Below, in pieces: positions 50,611-59,908 of a stretch of DNA of 64,000 bases. Below the pieces are notes generated by a model. It had not been told where the DNA came from. It worked only from the letters and a program-made list of their open reading frames with translations, and did not search any database. Source of the stretch: an uncultured Haloferula sp. (GTDB taxonomy: Bacteria; Verrucomicrobiota; Verrucomicrobiia; Verrucomicrobiales; Akkermansiaceae); contig CBFGTS010000018.1 in assembly GCA_965652295.1 (NCBI GenBank), positions 1 to 64,000 on the forward strand, given 5' to 3'. Numbering within the stretch: position 1 is the first letter of the stretch; each line of letters opens with the position of its first letter. A program made the translations under genes and the position numbers.

Positions 50611-51411
50611 ATGCGCAGCCGGAGGGAGAAGTGGCGGGAAATCATTTTCGAGGCAGAAACCCCGGCGGGGAAGGCCTTCGATGTGGTGCTGTTGGTCATG
50701 ATTTCCCTCAGCGTGCTCGCGGTGATGTTGGAAAGCGTGCGGCCCGTTCGCGAGTCGATCGGACCCCAGCTCGTCATGCTGGAGTGGGTGTTCACCGCCT
50801 TCTTCACCGTGGAGTATGGAGCCCGGCTGTGGACCGCGCGGCGGCCGGCCGCCTACGCCGGATCGTTCTACGGGCTGGTGGATCTACTCTCGATCCTCCC
50901 GAGTTACATCGCGCTTTTGCTCCCGGGCGGGCAGGCGTTGATGGTCGTACGCGTGCTGCGCCTGCTGAGGGTGTTCCGGGTTCTGAAAATGGTGAGGCAC
51001 ATCAGCGGAGCGGAGCACCTGTTGCGGGCTTTGGTCGCCAGCAGGGCGAAGGTCACCGTGTTTTTCATGACCTTGGCTACCATTGCCCTGATCGCAGGCA
51101 CCCTGATGTATCTTATCGAAGGCGAGGAAAGCGGGTTCACCAGCATCCCGGTGGGCGTGTATTGGGCAGTGGTGACGATCACCACGCTTGGCTACGGGGA
51201 CGTCACCCCGACGACCGGCTGGGGTCAGGTCGTGACGGCGGTGCTGGCGCTGACCGGTTATGCGATCATCGCCGTTCCCACCGGGATCGTGACCGCGGAA
51301 CTGAACCGGACGAACGGAGACACCAGCTCCGACGCCTGCCCGGCCTGCGGGGTTCACGGACACCTCCCTGACGCCCGTTTTTGCCGACGCTGCGGAGCGA
51401 CTCTCGACTGA
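50611..51411 (+). CDS. Voltage-gated potassium channel-type ion transporter
   Basis: S4 RVLRLLRVFRVLK, filter TITTLGYGD, C-terminal CxxC...CxxC. Confidence 0.93.
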   Translation: MRSRREKWREIIFEAETPAGKAFDVVLLVMISLSVLAVMLESVRPVRESIGPQLVMLEWVFTAFFTVEYGARLWTARRPAAYAGSFYGLVDLLSILPSYIALLLPGGQALMVVRVLRLLRVFRVLKMVRHISGAEHLLRALVASRAKVTVFFMTLATIALIAGTLMYLIEGEESGFTSIPVGVYWAVVTITTLGYGDVTPTTGWGQVVTAVLALTGYAIIAVPTGIVTAELNRTNGDTSSDACPACGVHGHLPDARFCRRCGATLD

Positions 51412-51560
51412 AAAGCAGCGCATGGTCCATACCGTGTTCCTACCGGAAGGAAGACTATTCTCGAATGCCCGCCCCCACAGGTTGACAAACCGGAGGGGGC
51501 TTGGCCAATGTCCCTCACCGCTGATCGTGGGGAACCTAGGTTTTCCGCTCTAAAACGCGG

Positions 51561-51584
51561 TTTCCAAAGACCTTTCCAAAGACC
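51561..51584 (+). repeat. Perfect 12-bp tandem direct repeat upstream of the pilB-like operon
   Basis: TTTCCAAAGACC x2, ending 5 nt before the GTG start. Confidence 0.7.
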
Positions 51585-51589
51585 CACCC

Positions 51590-53242
51590 GTGTTCTCCAA
51601 CGAAGACTACCTAGTTGACCTGCTCGTCGAATCGGGCGCCGTGACCCAGGATCAGGTGGATCACGCCCGTGCCAAGGGCGGTTCCCCCGTTACCAACCTG
51701 GTTTCCGATACCGAACTCACCGAATCCACCGTCGCCGCCGTGCTCGCGCAGAATGCCGGGTTGGAGGTGATCAACCTCGACGAAGTGACCGTCAGTCCCG
51801 AGGTGAATTCAGTGATTCCCGACGAGATCGCCTGTCGTTATCGCGCCGTGCCGGTGGCGGACGACGGAGTTTATCTCACGGTGGCGGTCGCCGATCCCTT
51901 TGACTTCGAGACGATGGACAGCCTGCCCCAGGTTCTGGGCCGCGAGCTGCTCTTCGTCGTCGCCAACCACGGTCAGATCGCCGCGTTTCTGAAGCAATTC
52001 TACGGAGCGAAAGACCAGCACGACATGCTCGACGTCGCCGGCGCTCCGGGGGCCGAGGGCGAGGACAGCGATGCTCCAATCATCAAGCTGGTGCAGGGCA
52101 TGCTCTCCGAGGCGATGCGCATCCGCGCCTCGGACATCCACATCGAACCGCTTGAGACCTCGGTGCGGATCCGCTACCGGGTCGATGGTCGTCTGATGGA
52201 AGTCGACAACCATCCGAAGAAACTCCTGCCGGCGATCATCGCCCGTCTCAAGGTGATGAGCGGCAGCATGTCCATCGCGGAAAAGCGGCTCCCGCAGGAC
52301 GGCCGGATCCAGCTGAAAGTCGGCGGAAAAGAGGTCGACCTCCGGGTTTCATCCGTACCTTCGAACCACGGCGAATCGATCGTCATGCGGATCCTCGACA
52401 AGTCCGCGCTGGTCCTCGGTCTCCCCGAGCTGGGCTTCTTCTCGGACGATCAGGCGACCTTCGAGGAACTCATCGGCCTGCCAGACGGCATCATCCTCGT
52501 CACCGGGCCCACGGGATCGGGAAAAACGACCACTCTTTACACCTGTCTCAACGTCATCAACCGACCGGATCGCAAGATCATCACGGTCGAAGACCCGGTG
52601 GAATACGAGCTTCCGGGCATCAATCAGGTGATGGTCAAAGCCGACGTCGGCATGACCTTCGCCGCCGCCCTCCGGTCGATGCTCCGCCAGGCGCCGAACA
52701 TCATCATGATCGGTGAGATCCGGGATGCGGAGACGGCGAACATCGCCATCAACGCCGCCCTCACCGGTCACTTGGTGCTTTCCACGCTCCACACCAACGA
52801 CGCGCCCTCGGCCGTGGCCCGTCTCGCCGACATCGGCATCAAGCGTTTCCTCATCGCCTCGGCCGTGCGGGGAATCCTCGCCCAGCGCCTGACCCGGAAA
52901 CTCTGCCCGGCTTGCAAGGCACCGGCCGACCTGACCGAAAAGCAGATGCGGGCCCTCAGCCTCGACCCTTCGCGGGTCCGCGACGCCAGTATCATGGGCC
53001 CCGTGGGCTGCGAAAAGTGCCGCGGTGGCGGTTACAAGGGCCGGATGGGGATCTTCGAACTCTTCACCATCGACGACGAGGTCCGCCACCTCGTGAACGA
53101 AAACCTCCCCTCCGCGCAGCTCCGCAAGCGCGCCCGCGAACTGGGCATGCGCACGATGCGCGAAGATGGCATCCGCAAAGTACTGGCCGGTCTGACCTCC
53201 GCGGAGGAAGTCCTCCACGTGACGATGTCGGACTCCGATTGA
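51590..53242 (+). CDS. GspE/PilB family ATPase (copy 1)
   Basis: ASDIHIEP, RLPQDGR, GPTGSGKTTTLY, TVEDPVE, GEIRD, LSTLHTND, CxxC...CxxC. Confidence 0.96.
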   Translation: MFSNEDYLVDLLVESGAVTQDQVDHARAKGGSPVTNLVSDTELTESTVAAVLAQNAGLEVINLDEVTVSPEVNSVIPDEIACRYRAVPVADDGVYLTVAVADPFDFETMDSLPQVLGRELLFVVANHGQIAAFLKQFYGAKDQHDMLDVAGAPGAEGEDSDAPIIKLVQGMLSEAMRIRASDIHIEPLETSVRIRYRVDGRLMEVDNHPKKLLPAIIARLKVMSGSMSIAEKRLPQDGRIQLKVGGKEVDLRVSSVPSNHGESIVMRILDKSALVLGLPELGFFSDDQATFEELIGLPDGIILVTGPTGSGKTTTLYTCLNVINRPDRKIITVEDPVEYELPGINQVMVKADVGMTFAAALRSMLRQAPNIIMIGEIRDAETANIAINAALTGHLVLSTLHTNDAPSAVARLADIGIKRFLIASAVRGILAQRLTRKLCPACKAPADLTEKQMRALSLDPSRVRDASIMGPVGCEKCRGGGYKGRMGIFELFTIDDEVRHLVNENLPSAQLRKRARELGMRTMREDGIRKVLAGLTSAEEVLHVTMSDSD

Positions 53243-53268
53243 TGGCTAATTTCTAAAAACCCTTTTCC

Positions 53269-54945
53269 ATGGATAACAACCAACTGGTAGAACTCTTCAT
53301 CAGCCGCGGTCTGATCGATCGCTCGCTGGCGCAGGAAATCCTCAACGAGACCAACAACAGCGGTAAGGACGCCGCCGAGGTGCTGGCCGACTTCCAGGTC
53401 GTGCAGCACCGGGAGGACGTCTGGCCGATCGTGGCGTCGGAGCTCGGCGCTCCGCTCGTGGATCTCAAGGGCTGGACGCCGCCGGAAGAACTCGCCGCGC
53501 TGATCCCCGCCTCGACCGCCCGTCTTCACGGTGCGCTGCCGATCAACTTCAACGAGGAGGGCCTGCACGTCGTGCTGGTCGATCCCATGAACCCGCAGAC
53601 GCTTGAGGATCTGCGGTTTGCGCTCGATCGCGAACTCGTCCTCGCGGTGGCCCCGGATTACCTCGTCGAGGAAAAGCTCAGCGAAGTTTATGGCAGCGAT
53701 GCCTCGGCGATGGAGTCGATTCTCGAGCAGTTCGAATTCGGCGGGCCGGATGGCGAACTGAGCGCCGCCGAACTGGAGAACGAGGCCAACTCCGCTCCCA
53801 TCATCCGCTACGTCGATCTGGTGCTCTATCAGGCCATCAAGGAGAAGGCCTCGGACATCCACTTCGAGCCCTTTGAGACCGACTTCAAGATCCGCTACCG
53901 GGTCGATGGATCGCTCTACGAAATGGCACCGCCGCCGGTCCACCTTGCGCTGCCGATCATCTCGCGCGTCAAGGTCATGTCGAACATGAACATCGCCGAG
54001 CGTCGCGTCCCGCAGGACGGCCGCATGGTGAAGCAGGTCGGCGATCGCCAGGTGGACATGCGGGTTTCCTCGCTGCCGACCCAGCACGGCGAATCCGTGG
54101 TGCTCCGGGTGCTCGACCGTTCCTCGGTGAACCTCTCGCTCGAGAACCTAGGCCTGCCCGACCACATCTACGAGTACATCGGCGATACCATCGTCAAACC
54201 CAACGGGATCTTCATCGTCACCGGCCCCACGGGCGCGGGCAAAACGACCACCCTTTACGCGGCGCTACGGCGGATCAACACGATCGATCACAAGCTGCTG
54301 ACCGCCGAGGATCCGGTCGAATATGACATCGACGGCATCATTCAGATTCCCTGCAACGAGGGCATCGGCCTGACCTTCCCCCGCGTCTTGCGCGCCTTCC
54401 TCCGTCAGGACCCGGACCGGATCATGGTCGGCGAGATGCGGGACATGGAAACGGCCCAGATTGCCATCCAGGCCTCGCTCACCGGGCACTTGGTGCTTTC
54501 CACCCTGCACACCAACGACGCCCCGGGCGCGGTGACGCGGCTCATCGACATGGGCGTGGAGCCTTTCCTGGTGGCGGCCTCCCTGGAGGGTGTTCTGGCG
54601 CAACGTCTGGTGCGGACGATCTGCTCCAACTGCAAGGCGACCTACGAGCCCAGCGAGGCGATCCTCACCCAGCTTGGGATTTCTCCTCACGAACTCGGCG
54701 ACAAGGACTTCTTCACCGGCAAGGGCTGCGATGTCTGCGGCCAGACCGGCTACAAGGGCCGGGCCGGTCTCTACGAGCTGCTCGATATCAACGAGCCGGT
54801 CCGAGAGCTGATCACCGACCGCGCGCCGACCGTGGTGATCAAACAGAAGGCCATGGAGCACGGGATGACGACCCTGCGCGAGGACGGCCTCCGCAATATC
54901 TACCTCGGCAAAACCACCATCGAAGAAGTGCTGAAGTATACCTGA
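53269..54945 (+). CDS. GspE/PilB family ATPase (copy 2)
   Basis: ASDIHFEP, GPTGAGKTTTLY, TAEDPVE, LRQDPD, LSTLHTND, CxxC...CxxC. Confidence 0.96.
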   Translation: MDNNQLVELFISRGLIDRSLAQEILNETNNSGKDAAEVLADFQVVQHREDVWPIVASELGAPLVDLKGWTPPEELAALIPASTARLHGALPINFNEEGLHVVLVDPMNPQTLEDLRFALDRELVLAVAPDYLVEEKLSEVYGSDASAMESILEQFEFGGPDGELSAAELENEANSAPIIRYVDLVLYQAIKEKASDIHFEPFETDFKIRYRVDGSLYEMAPPPVHLALPIISRVKVMSNMNIAERRVPQDGRMVKQVGDRQVDMRVSSLPTQHGESVVLRVLDRSSVNLSLENLGLPDHIYEYIGDTIVKPNGIFIVTGPTGAGKTTTLYAALRRINTIDHKLLTAEDPVEYDIDGIIQIPCNEGIGLTFPRVLRAFLRQDPDRIMVGEMRDMETAQIAIQASLTGHLVLSTLHTNDAPGAVTRLIDMGVEPFLVAASLEGVLAQRLVRTICSNCKATYEPSEAILTQLGISPHELGDKDFFTGKGCDVCGQTGYKGRAGLYELLDINEPVRELITDRAPTVVIKQKAMEHGMTTLREDGLRNIYLGKTTIEEVLKYT

Positions 54946-55024
54946 TTCCGACCAGCACGCATTTTCCGTTCGCCAGAGGCACCCGGAATCACTCAAAAAC
55001 CATCAATCGTTTTCCAAAAAAGCC

Positions 55025-56323
55025 ATGCCGCAGTATCAATTCACCGCCGCCGACGCGAAGGGCGAACAGCTCTCAGGGACCGTGGACGCCACCTCGGAGG
55101 CGGAAGCCATCAACCAGCTCCGCTCCCAAGGCTATTACCCCTTGCAAGTCGTCGAAGCTGGCAAAGGCCAGCTGACCACCGCCAAAAAGAAGGGTGCGGC
55201 CAAGGGAAAGAAGGGCAAGACCGCCAAGAAGGGCAAGGCCGCCAAGGCCAAGACCGGCGGCCGGATCAAGCCGAAGACCCTGATGATCTTCACCCGGCAG
55301 TTGGCGACCTTGATCGACTCCGGTCTGCCCCTGCTGCGCGGCCTCACGGTGCTGGCCAAGCAGGAGCCCAATCCGATGTTGAAGGCGACCATCGAGGCGC
55401 TTGCCGACTCGGTCCAGTCGGGTTCCACTTTCTCCGAGGCGCTCTCCCAGCACCCGAAGATCTTCAACAAGCTCTATGTCAACATGGTCAAGGCCGGTGA
55501 GCTTGGCGGTGTGCTCGAGGTCGTCCTGGTCCGCCTTGCGGAGTACCAGGAAAAGGCCCAGAAGCTGAAGAACAAGATCGTTTCGGCGATGGTCTATCCG
55601 GTGATCGTCATGTTCATCGCGGTGGCCATCCTGGTGTTCCTCATGCTCGTCATCGTTCCGAAGTTCGAGACGATGTTCGCGGAAATGGAAGGTGCCGAGC
55701 TGCCGATGATCTCGCAGGTCGTGTTCGGAACCTCCCGCTTCTTCCTCAGCGCCAGCGTCGGACCGATCCCGAACGTGGTCTGGTTCTTCATCGCCATCGC
55801 CCTGATCGTCGTTGCCTTCCAGTCATGGGGTAGGACCAAGGGCGGACGGAAGGCGATCGACACGATGAAGCTCAAGGCACCGATCATCGGGGACATCCAG
55901 CGCAAGAGCGCCGTCGCCCGCTTCTCGCGGACGCTCGGCACGCTGGTCACCTCGGGTGTTCCGATCCTGCAGGCGCTCAATATCACCCGCGATACCGCGG
56001 GCAACGTGGTCATCTCCGGTGCTATCGACAAGGTGCACGCGGCGGTCAAGGAAGGGGAGTCGATCGTGACCCCGCTCCAGGCCTCCGGTGTGTTTCCCGG
56101 GATGGTGATCTCGATGGTCGACGTCGGTGAGGAAACCGGCCAGTTGCCGGAAATGCTGCTGAAGGTGGCGGACGTGTATGACGACGAAGTGGACAACGCG
56201 GTCGGCGCGCTGACCTCGATCCTCGAGCCGATCATGATCGTCATTCTCGCCCTGGTCGTCGGTTCGGTGGTGTTCGCGCTCTTCCTGCCGCTCATCAAGG
56301 TGATCCAGCAGGTCGGCCAATGA
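55025..56323 (+). CDS. pilC: GspF/PilC platform protein
   Basis: FTRQLATLIDSGLPL, YVNMVKAGELGG, VGEETGQL, LEPIMIV. Confidence 0.95.
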   Translation: MPQYQFTAADAKGEQLSGTVDATSEAEAINQLRSQGYYPLQVVEAGKGQLTTAKKKGAAKGKKGKTAKKGKAAKAKTGGRIKPKTLMIFTRQLATLIDSGLPLLRGLTVLAKQEPNPMLKATIEALADSVQSGSTFSEALSQHPKIFNKLYVNMVKAGELGGVLEVVLVRLAEYQEKAQKLKNKIVSAMVYPVIVMFIAVAILVFLMLVIVPKFETMFAEMEGAELPMISQVVFGTSRFFLSASVGPIPNVVWFFIAIALIVVAFQSWGRTKGGRKAIDTMKLKAPIIGDIQRKSAVARFSRTLGTLVTSGVPILQALNITRDTAGNVVISGAIDKVHAAVKEGESIVTPLQASGVFPGMVISMVDVGEETGQLPEMLLKVADVYDDEVDNAVGALTSILEPIMIVILALVVGSVVFALFLPLIKVIQQVGQ

Positions 56324-56355
56324 TTTCAAGGGAAACCCCAGAGTCTCAAACGGAC

Positions 56356-56910
56356 ATGAAATTGATTTCAAAACGACAAGCCCGCGGTTTCACCTTGATG
56401 GAGCTGCTGGTGGTGATCTCGCTCATCGTCGCCCTTGCCGCGTTGACCGCGGGGGGCTTCAAGGTGGTGAAGGAAAAGCAGCGTCGCGAGCAGGCCAAGG
56501 TGCAGGTAAGTCTCCTGATGTTGGCGCTTGAAGACTACGCGACCGATCATGGCGAATACCCGGCGAACCCGGAGCAGAGCGGCCGAAACGGCACCGATGA
56601 GATCTTCAACGCGCTATATCCGGCGACGAATGATGAGAAGATCTATCTCAGCGAACTCGACCCCGAGAACGACACCCAGGACTGGCTTCAGGGCCAGAAC
56701 GGCGTGGAGAACCTGACGATCTACGATCCGTGGGGCACGGAGTTCTACTACCGCACGAATGATCCGGAGAATCCGGATCAAATGATCTCGGCGAATCCCG
56801 GCTTCGACCTCTGGTCCGCCGGGCCGGACGGCAAGACCAGCGCGGGTGCCGCGGGCGACTACGATTCCCAACACCCTGACAATCTCGACGACATTCGCGG
56901 TTGGGATTGA
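56356..56910 (+). CDS. Prepilin / GspG-like pseudopilin
   Basis: RG/FTLMELLVVI class III signal, DPWG, FDLWSAGPDG. Confidence 0.92.
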   Translation: MKLISKRQARGFTLMELLVVISLIVALAALTAGGFKVVKEKQRREQAKVQVSLLMLALEDYATDHGEYPANPEQSGRNGTDEIFNALYPATNDEKIYLSELDPENDTQDWLQGQNGVENLTIYDPWGTEFYYRTNDPENPDQMISANPGFDLWSAGPDGKTSAGAAGDYDSQHPDNLDDIRGWD

Positions 56911-56996
56911 ACCCGCCCCGACGGACGGCCGGGAATGTTGCCCAAGGCGGGAAATCCTCTCGACCTTTGGCCGCCCGGCCTTCTTGCTCGGCGCCG

Positions 56997-57605
56997 ATGA
57001 CAGACGAACTCCCCGAGTTGCCCGAGAACGCTTCCGCGCAGGCTGAAGACAAGGCGAAACCGGCCAAGAAGGCCGCCCGCAAGTCGGCACGGAAACGTAC
57101 CGCGAGAAAGGCACCGAAGGTGGAGGGTGAGGCCGAAAACGCCCCGCCTGCCCATCAGGAATCACAGGCTCCGGCAGCTCGTGAAGAGACCTCTGCGGAC
57201 GCCAGGCCCGCCGCGGTGCGCGACGACCAGAACCATTCGGAGCAACGCCCGGAGGAGCGGCGGCAACGGGACTTTTCTTCCGATCATTCCTCGGATCAGG
57301 ACGATCGCAGTGCGGTGATTGGCGAGCCTCCTTCCTCCGACGAACATGGATCCAGCAAGCGCCGCAAGCGCCGCCGCCGGCGTGGCGGATCGGGCGGCGA
57401 GGAAAAGGGCGAGGAGCGCCACCATGAGCAGCAACGCACGAGGATCGATCCGGACATGGTCGCGAAACGGGCTTGGAAGATCTTTCTCGCGGAAGTCAGT
57501 GAGGAAGGCCTCGCACTCATCAGTGACAACGACGCCCGTGAGTTGAGCCGTCGCAGCTTCCGCTTGGCCGAGGTGTTCCTCGAAGAAGCGAACCGGCATC
57601 AGTGA
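56997..57605 (+). CDS. Hypothetical protein with disordered Lys/Arg-rich N-terminus and compact C-terminal domain
   Basis: KPAKKAARKSARKR, KRRKRRRRRGG, AWKIFLAEVSEEGLALI. Confidence 0.75.
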   Translation: MTDELPELPENASAQAEDKAKPAKKAARKSARKRTARKAPKVEGEAENAPPAHQESQAPAAREETSADARPAAVRDDQNHSEQRPEERRQRDFSSDHSSDQDDRSAVIGEPPSSDEHGSSKRRKRRRRRGGSGGEEKGEERHHEQQRTRIDPDMVAKRAWKIFLAEVSEEGLALISDNDARELSRRSFRLAEVFLEEANRHQ

Positions 57606-58159
57606 TCGTGAGGGAGCGGGATGCCGTCCCGCTTCCGCGTCAGTTCCGCGGCGAGATCATCACGCCCGGTAGCCTTGGCCAGCCGGATCCTCAACTTGAG
57701 CACCTCGAGCGAGGCGAGCTGATCGGCCGGCATTTCCGCGAGGATGCCGGCGGCGGTATCCCAGTCCTCGGCTTCGATCGCCCCTTCGAGCTGCTCGCGA
57801 TCCGTAGGCAGCTCCGCGTCCAGAGGCTTGTCCCGGTAAGCCGCCCATCGCGCGTGTTCGGGAACAGCTTCGCTTCCGGGTCCTTCGATCCGATCGAGAT
57901 AAACGAATTCGTCGCCCTCCCGTTGGTGGCGGATGTGGTTGACGATCAGGACCGTCAATAATCCCAGCCCGGCGAGGCAAAACTCCATCAGGAACGGAGT
58001 GCTGAGGATGCCGGAGATCATCCCGAACCATTCGCCGAGGCCGCCGGGAAGGAAGCGACCGAGCGAGATCAGCATCAAAACCCCACCGGCCGCGGCGATG
58101 ACCGAGGCTCCGATCAGAATCTGCTTCAAGCGAGTGGTGGATGGATCGCGGACGCGCAT
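57599..58159 (-). CDS. Hypothetical membrane protein (2 TM plus helical C-terminus)
   Basis: Two hydrophobic segments, EGDEFVYL motif. Confidence 0.72.
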   Translation of the reverse strand: MRVRDPSTTRLKQILIGASVIAAAGGVLMLISLGRFLPGGLGEWFGMISGILSTPFLMEFCLAGLGLLTVLIVNHIRHQREGDEFVYLDRIEGPGSEAVPEHARWAAYRDKPLDAELPTDREQLEGAIEAEDWDTAAGILAEMPADQLASLEVLKLRIRLAKATGRDDLAAELTRKRDGIPLPHDH

Positions 58160-58269
58160 GTCGGTGGATGTGAACTTGACCACGAGGGCGACCGCTTGCA
58201 ACCGCCACGTGCTTACGAGTTTATTTAAAACTTCTTGATTGTTTTTAAAATAATTGCTCTTTTCCCCAC

Positions 58270-58461
58270 GTGTCCCTGCTCCGATTCCTCACCCTGACGG
58301 CCATTCTTGGCGCGGGCTTCGTTTTGGCGGAGCGCGTCGTTTCCGGCGACAGCCGTGAAGGAGCCTCCGTTTCGATGATGCAGGTGCCGGTTTCGATCCC
58401 GGTCGAGGTGATCGAACTCGGCGGGGAACCGACCCTGCGCCGGGTGGCGGTGCACGAGTGA
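58270..58461 (+). CDS. Small hypothetical exported protein
   Basis: 63-aa GTG ORF with hydrophobic N-terminus, downstream of an AT-rich promoter-like tract. Confidence 0.4.
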   Translation: MSLLRFLTLTAILGAGFVLAERVVSGDSREGASVSMMQVPVSIPVEVIELGGEPTLRRVAVHE

Positions 58462-58519
58462 TCGGCGATTTCATCGGCGTGGCTGTTGAAATGCCCCGGA
58501 CATGCCGCTAACAGGCGTC

Positions 58520-59905
58520 ATGCGCCTGTTCGACACCCTGTCCCGTCAGCAGCGGGACCTCCGCCCGCTGGATGGCTCGACCTTCCGCTTCTACTGCTGC
58601 GGCCCCACGGTTTACGGACCGGCGCACATCGGAAATTTCCGCACCTTCGTGCTGCAGGACGTGTTCCGCCGGGTGGTGGAGACCGGCGGAGTCCGCACGC
58701 TGCACGTGAGGAACATCACGGACGTGGATGATAAGACGATCCGCGGTTCGTTGGCGGCCGGGAAGCCTTTGGGTGAGTTCACGGACGGGTGGAAGCGGAA
58801 ATTCCACGCCGATTGCGGGGCGCTGAACTGCCTCCCGCCCCACATCGAGCCGAGTGCGGTGGAGCACATTCCGCAGCAGATCGGGATGATCGAGCGTTTG
58901 GTGGAAAAGGGGCATGCTTACGCGGCCCCGGACGGCTCGGTTTATTTCCGCATCGCCTCGTTTCCCGAATACGGTGAGCTGAGCCACCTCGACAAACGCG
59001 AGCTGGTGCTTGGGAAAACCCAGGAGCAGCGGGCGAATGCGGACGAGTACGAGAAGGATAGTATCGCCGACTTCGTGTTGTGGAAGGCGCGGCGACCCGA
59101 AGACGGGGAGAATTTTTGGCGCTCGCCCTGGGGCGAGGGTCGACCGGGCTGGCACCTTGAGTGCTCGGCGATGATCCGCGAATATCTCGGCGAATCCTTC
59201 GACCTGCACTCCGGCGGGGTCGATCTGGTTTTCCCCCACCACGAGAACGAGATCGCCCAGAGCCGCTGCGCGTGCGGCGGCGGATTCGCGGCGCATTGGT
59301 TCCACATCACGCACCTGTTGGTGGATGGCGGCAAAATGTCGAAGTCGCTCGGCAACCTCTACACCTTGGAAGACCTGGCCGGACGCGGGGTCACGCCGAT
59401 GGAGGTCCGCTACGTCCTCATCGGAGCGCACTACCGCAAGCCGCTGAATTTCACGCTGGATTCGCTATCCGGTGCCCGCGAGGCGTTGTCGAAGCTGGCC
59501 AAGGGAGCGCGGGCGCTGGCCGAAAGGGCGGGCGAGGGCCACGTGTTCGGAGAGGTCGGCTTCGGACCGTTCCAAGGGGCATGGGATGCGCTGAACGACG
59601 ACCTCAACACCCCGGCCGCGCTCGGTGGGCTTTTCACCGGTTTGAAGGAAACGGCGGGGCTGAAAGGCAAGGCGGCGTCGGAGGCCCTCGCGGCCTTCAA
59701 CCGGGTGCTCCGCGCACTGGGTCTGGAATTGCCTGAGCCGGAGGTCACGGAGGTGCCGCCTGAGATCCGCGCGATCGCCGATGAGCGATGGCAGGCGCGG
59801 ACCGCGAAGGACTGGGCTAAGTCCGACGCCTTGCGGGACGATCTTGCCGCCCGCGGGTGGGTGGTGAAGGATGCCCGCGACGGTTACGAACTCGAACCCG
59901 CCTGA
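58520..59905 (+). CDS. cysS: Cysteine--tRNA ligase
   Basis: CGPTVY, HIGN, NITDVDDK, GRPGWHLECSAM, FPHHENE, KMSKSLGN. Confidence 0.98.
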   Translation: MRLFDTLSRQQRDLRPLDGSTFRFYCCGPTVYGPAHIGNFRTFVLQDVFRRVVETGGVRTLHVRNITDVDDKTIRGSLAAGKPLGEFTDGWKRKFHADCGALNCLPPHIEPSAVEHIPQQIGMIERLVEKGHAYAAPDGSVYFRIASFPEYGELSHLDKRELVLGKTQEQRANADEYEKDSIADFVLWKARRPEDGENFWRSPWGEGRPGWHLECSAMIREYLGESFDLHSGGVDLVFPHHENEIAQSRCACGGGFAAHWFHITHLLVDGGKMSKSLGNLYTLEDLAGRGVTPMEVRYVLIGAHYRKPLNFTLDSLSGAREALSKLAKGARALAERAGEGHVFGEVGFGPFQGAWDALNDDLNTPAALGGLFTGLKETAGLKGKAASEALAAFNRVLRALGLELPEPEVTEVPPEIRAIADERWQARTAKDWAKSDALRDDLAARGWVVKDARDGYELEPA

Positions 59906-59908
59906 ACC

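Noticed and set aside
51420..51560. c-di-GMP riboswitch ahead of the pilus genes
   Set aside because: Lacks the conserved class I GGCAAACC/GAAA/GACGCAAAGC elements; an Rfam scan would settle it.
58215..58262. AT-rich imperfect palindrome as dif or oriC
   Set aside because: No XerC/XerD arm match or DnaA boxes; most simply a divergent promoter region.
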